Program-made: the position numbers and the translations under genes | Shown here: piece after piece, positions 61,691 through 64,000 of the stretch | Layout: the number at the start of each line of letters is the position of its first letter | Numbering within the stretch: position 1 is the stretch's first letter | Notes under the pieces: generated by a model | Databases searched by the model: none | Told to the model about the DNA's origin: nothing | The model's input: the letters and a program-made list of their open reading frames with translations, nothing else | NCBI RefSeq assembly: GCF_036321535.1 | Contig: NC_087437.1 | Span: forward strand, 93,250,001-93,314,000 | Reading direction: 5' to 3' | DNA length: 64,000 nt | Source: Camelus dromedarius | Lineage: Eukaryota

Positions 61691-64000
61691 CCCATGTGGC
61701 CTTAGTTATGAGTAGTGCTGGAATATCAATGTTAAATGTTAAAGCCAGGAAGTTCTGTGATTAGAGGTGCTGACCTGGCAGTAGAAGTAGAGTCGTATCC
61801 TTTCCAATGGGATCATTTTTTGATATTGATACACTATGGGTCAACCTTGCTGGGATTCTGAGACATTGTGATATTCATAGTAGGTAAATCTATCTGAGTC
61901 AATAGATGTCCTCATCTAATGCTTAGATGTGAGGACAGAGCCTAGCTAAGTTCTATGCCCACTGAATGCTTAGAGGGTCTAGAAATTCATCTAGTCCATA
62001 TCCTAAATTGTTGAAGTGCTTAAGTAAGTTCAAACTCTGCCTACAGTTGGGGATGGACTTCTAATGCCTTGCCAGGTATTCGATTAACTGCGGCTGATGG
62101 TTAGAGTTATTCGGTAATCATTCTGTACCTAGGTTTTGCACATGAGCTCATCAGTATAACGTCTGCAGAGCTGATGCCATGATTGCATGCTCCTGTGTGC
62201 CCTACACGGTTAGGCTATAGGATTTGGCTTGAGGGTAGGGAATTCAAATTCTACTAACATACTGAATGAGAGCTTGGGAATGGTTAATGGACATGGAACA
62301 TGTCACAAAATGGAAGGAGACATACTACAAGAGGAACCAGGAGGATCTCACAGAAGCCTCAGAATTTTTGTTTGCGGCCGAACCTGAAAATAACATGAAA
62401 TACCTGTTATCTGTGTTCCCTCCGAGAGTCAGAGGCTTGGAATGGAACTGGGATCCTCTGAGCAGGAGATTGCCCTGGACATTGAAAGCCAGATGGACAA
62501 AGAATATATATATCTTGGGTGAAATGTTAGAAAGATCGAATTAAATGACAGCTTCAGTGCCCTGAGTTAAGAGTCACAAATCAATGTTGTGCAGTGTTGA
62601 TCAGAATGAAAGTTGATCGAGTATGATTTAGGGTGCCAGGGTGATTGCAGTGGACAAGACTGGAGTTTTGGCAGTGTGTCTTCATGTGCTGGCAGGTATG
62701 TGGTATTTTGGGGTGTTTGTATGTGTTTGGGTGAAAGTTAGTTGTTTTAAGACCTAGGACAATCCTGTGGCTCCTTAGTCTACTAGGAATTCACCTATAT
62801 TGCAGATCATGCCATTTAGTCTACTATTTATCTTGTAGAAAACCTAGCTTAGTGCTGCAGAAATGGGCCACTAAATTAGGGTGCCGTGACCTGATTCATG
62901 TCAACTGCATATGCATAAGTGCGTAAATATATGTGTGTGCGTATGCGTGTTTGTGCATGTGTTTATTTGTAAGCAATATTAATCTCAGAGAAATCCAGGC
63001 TGCAGAGAAGGTTCCATTGTTTCTGATAGTCCCTGCATCTCCCCTCACGCTGAGGGTAATCCATGTCGCCCAGATAACTTTGAGGTTATCATAATCAGCT
63101 GCAGTAGCTTTAGTGGGTCATTTGTAAATGTCAGAAGCAGGGTCCCAGAATTATAATTAAGCAAAGTTTCCAGACCAGATAACTCTGCTGGTATGTTCAA
63201 TGAGTCTTTTAGTGAATGGGTAAATTTTTTTATGATCAAGGTATGTATCAATGTGGCTGTCCTGTTTATAACTGTAGAGACAAGAAATAGGCAGACACAC
63301 TAAGGCAGCAGTCAAGCTGGGGGAAAAAAGCAGAGGGATTATTACAGACGTCTGGATGGTGTCCTTAGTTCCCCCTTCAGCTATTGAATCTCAGCTGTCT
63401 GCAATCAAGAACTGAGTCACAAAATGGCTTGCATTGTGTTGCTATTTCAGTTTGACAGACCGTCTTTCAGCATGGAAATTGTGAACAATTCACCAGGTTT
63501 TTAAATTTCTGTAAGAAAAAAACATTTAAATGCTGCTAGAACTCTAGCTATAATAGCACTAAGTATAATTCTACAAAAATATTTTTGTAATTGTTTGAAT
63601 ATTCAGTAAAACCTCATTACTTTGAAAAGTAAGGTGCAAACTCCCCTACCACAAGCAGATTTTAAATTAACTATATTCAAGTAAATCAATCATTTTATCA
63701 AAGGAATGTAGGTAATTACTTTGCATAATGTACAATTTAGGGAAAAAAAGACACCTGATTAATTAGATATTTGGAAAAACAGCAGATATTTTGAATGGCT
63801 TGTTCTGCCAAAAAAAAAGTTTTACTGAGTTCTCACTTTCCTGACTGATAAAAATATTTGAATCTGGAAAGATTTTTATGTTTATCAGTGTGCATTATGC
63901 ATATAGTTTTATGTGTGTATTTCTCTCATCTGCACACACAGGTATGTATGTGTAGGATGCACCACATTTTAGTTGGGTATATGGAAATATTTATCCTGGT

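Noticed and set aside
62266..62544. 92-aa ATG-initiated Trp-rich ORF
   Set aside because: Weak Kozak context, no recognisable homology and no exon or promoter support. Its length is within the chance range.
1..64000. Prokaryote-type systems (CRISPR arrays, operons, IS elements) or a host protein-coding gene
   Set aside because: The sequence is mammalian and repeat-rich. I saw no regularly spaced repeat-spacer array and no recognisable coding exon, though a very short exon could be missed by eye.

Overview
This is AT-rich mammalian genomic DNA, very probably from a camelid (camel, alpaca or llama). The species call rests on four tRNA-derived vic-1-type SINEs and a camelid-type young L1 3' end. 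I found no intact protein-coding gene, rRNA, functional tRNA or CRISPR array. The listed ORFs are chance ORFs or decayed L1 ORF2 pieces. The window reads as intergenic or deep-intronic. It contains LINE-1, L2, CR1/L3, MIR, LTR (MER34-, LTR16-, LTR33-, MLT1- and MLT2-like) and DNA-transposon (MER47/Tigger5, hAT-Charlie) relics, plus microsatellites and unique stretches that may be regulatory. The most notable observations are: (1) a heavily decayed gamma-type retroviral env relic at about 1-1100 that the ORF track misses; (2) a compact CpG-retaining motif cluster at about 55.4-55.65 kb (NF-Y, GC box, MYB, RFX-like palindrome, outward-facing splice donors) that resembles a bidirectional, possibly germline, promoter; (3) a near-consensus CTCF site at about 24.77 kb; (4) an 18-nt microexon-like signal at about 23.75 kb; (5) an L1 5'UTR joined directly to an L1 3' end; (6) a SINE with a triplicated target site. 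I see no convincing evidence for a wholly new biological system. Repeat family names come from my recognition of the sequence, not from a database search, and boundaries of old repeats are approximate.
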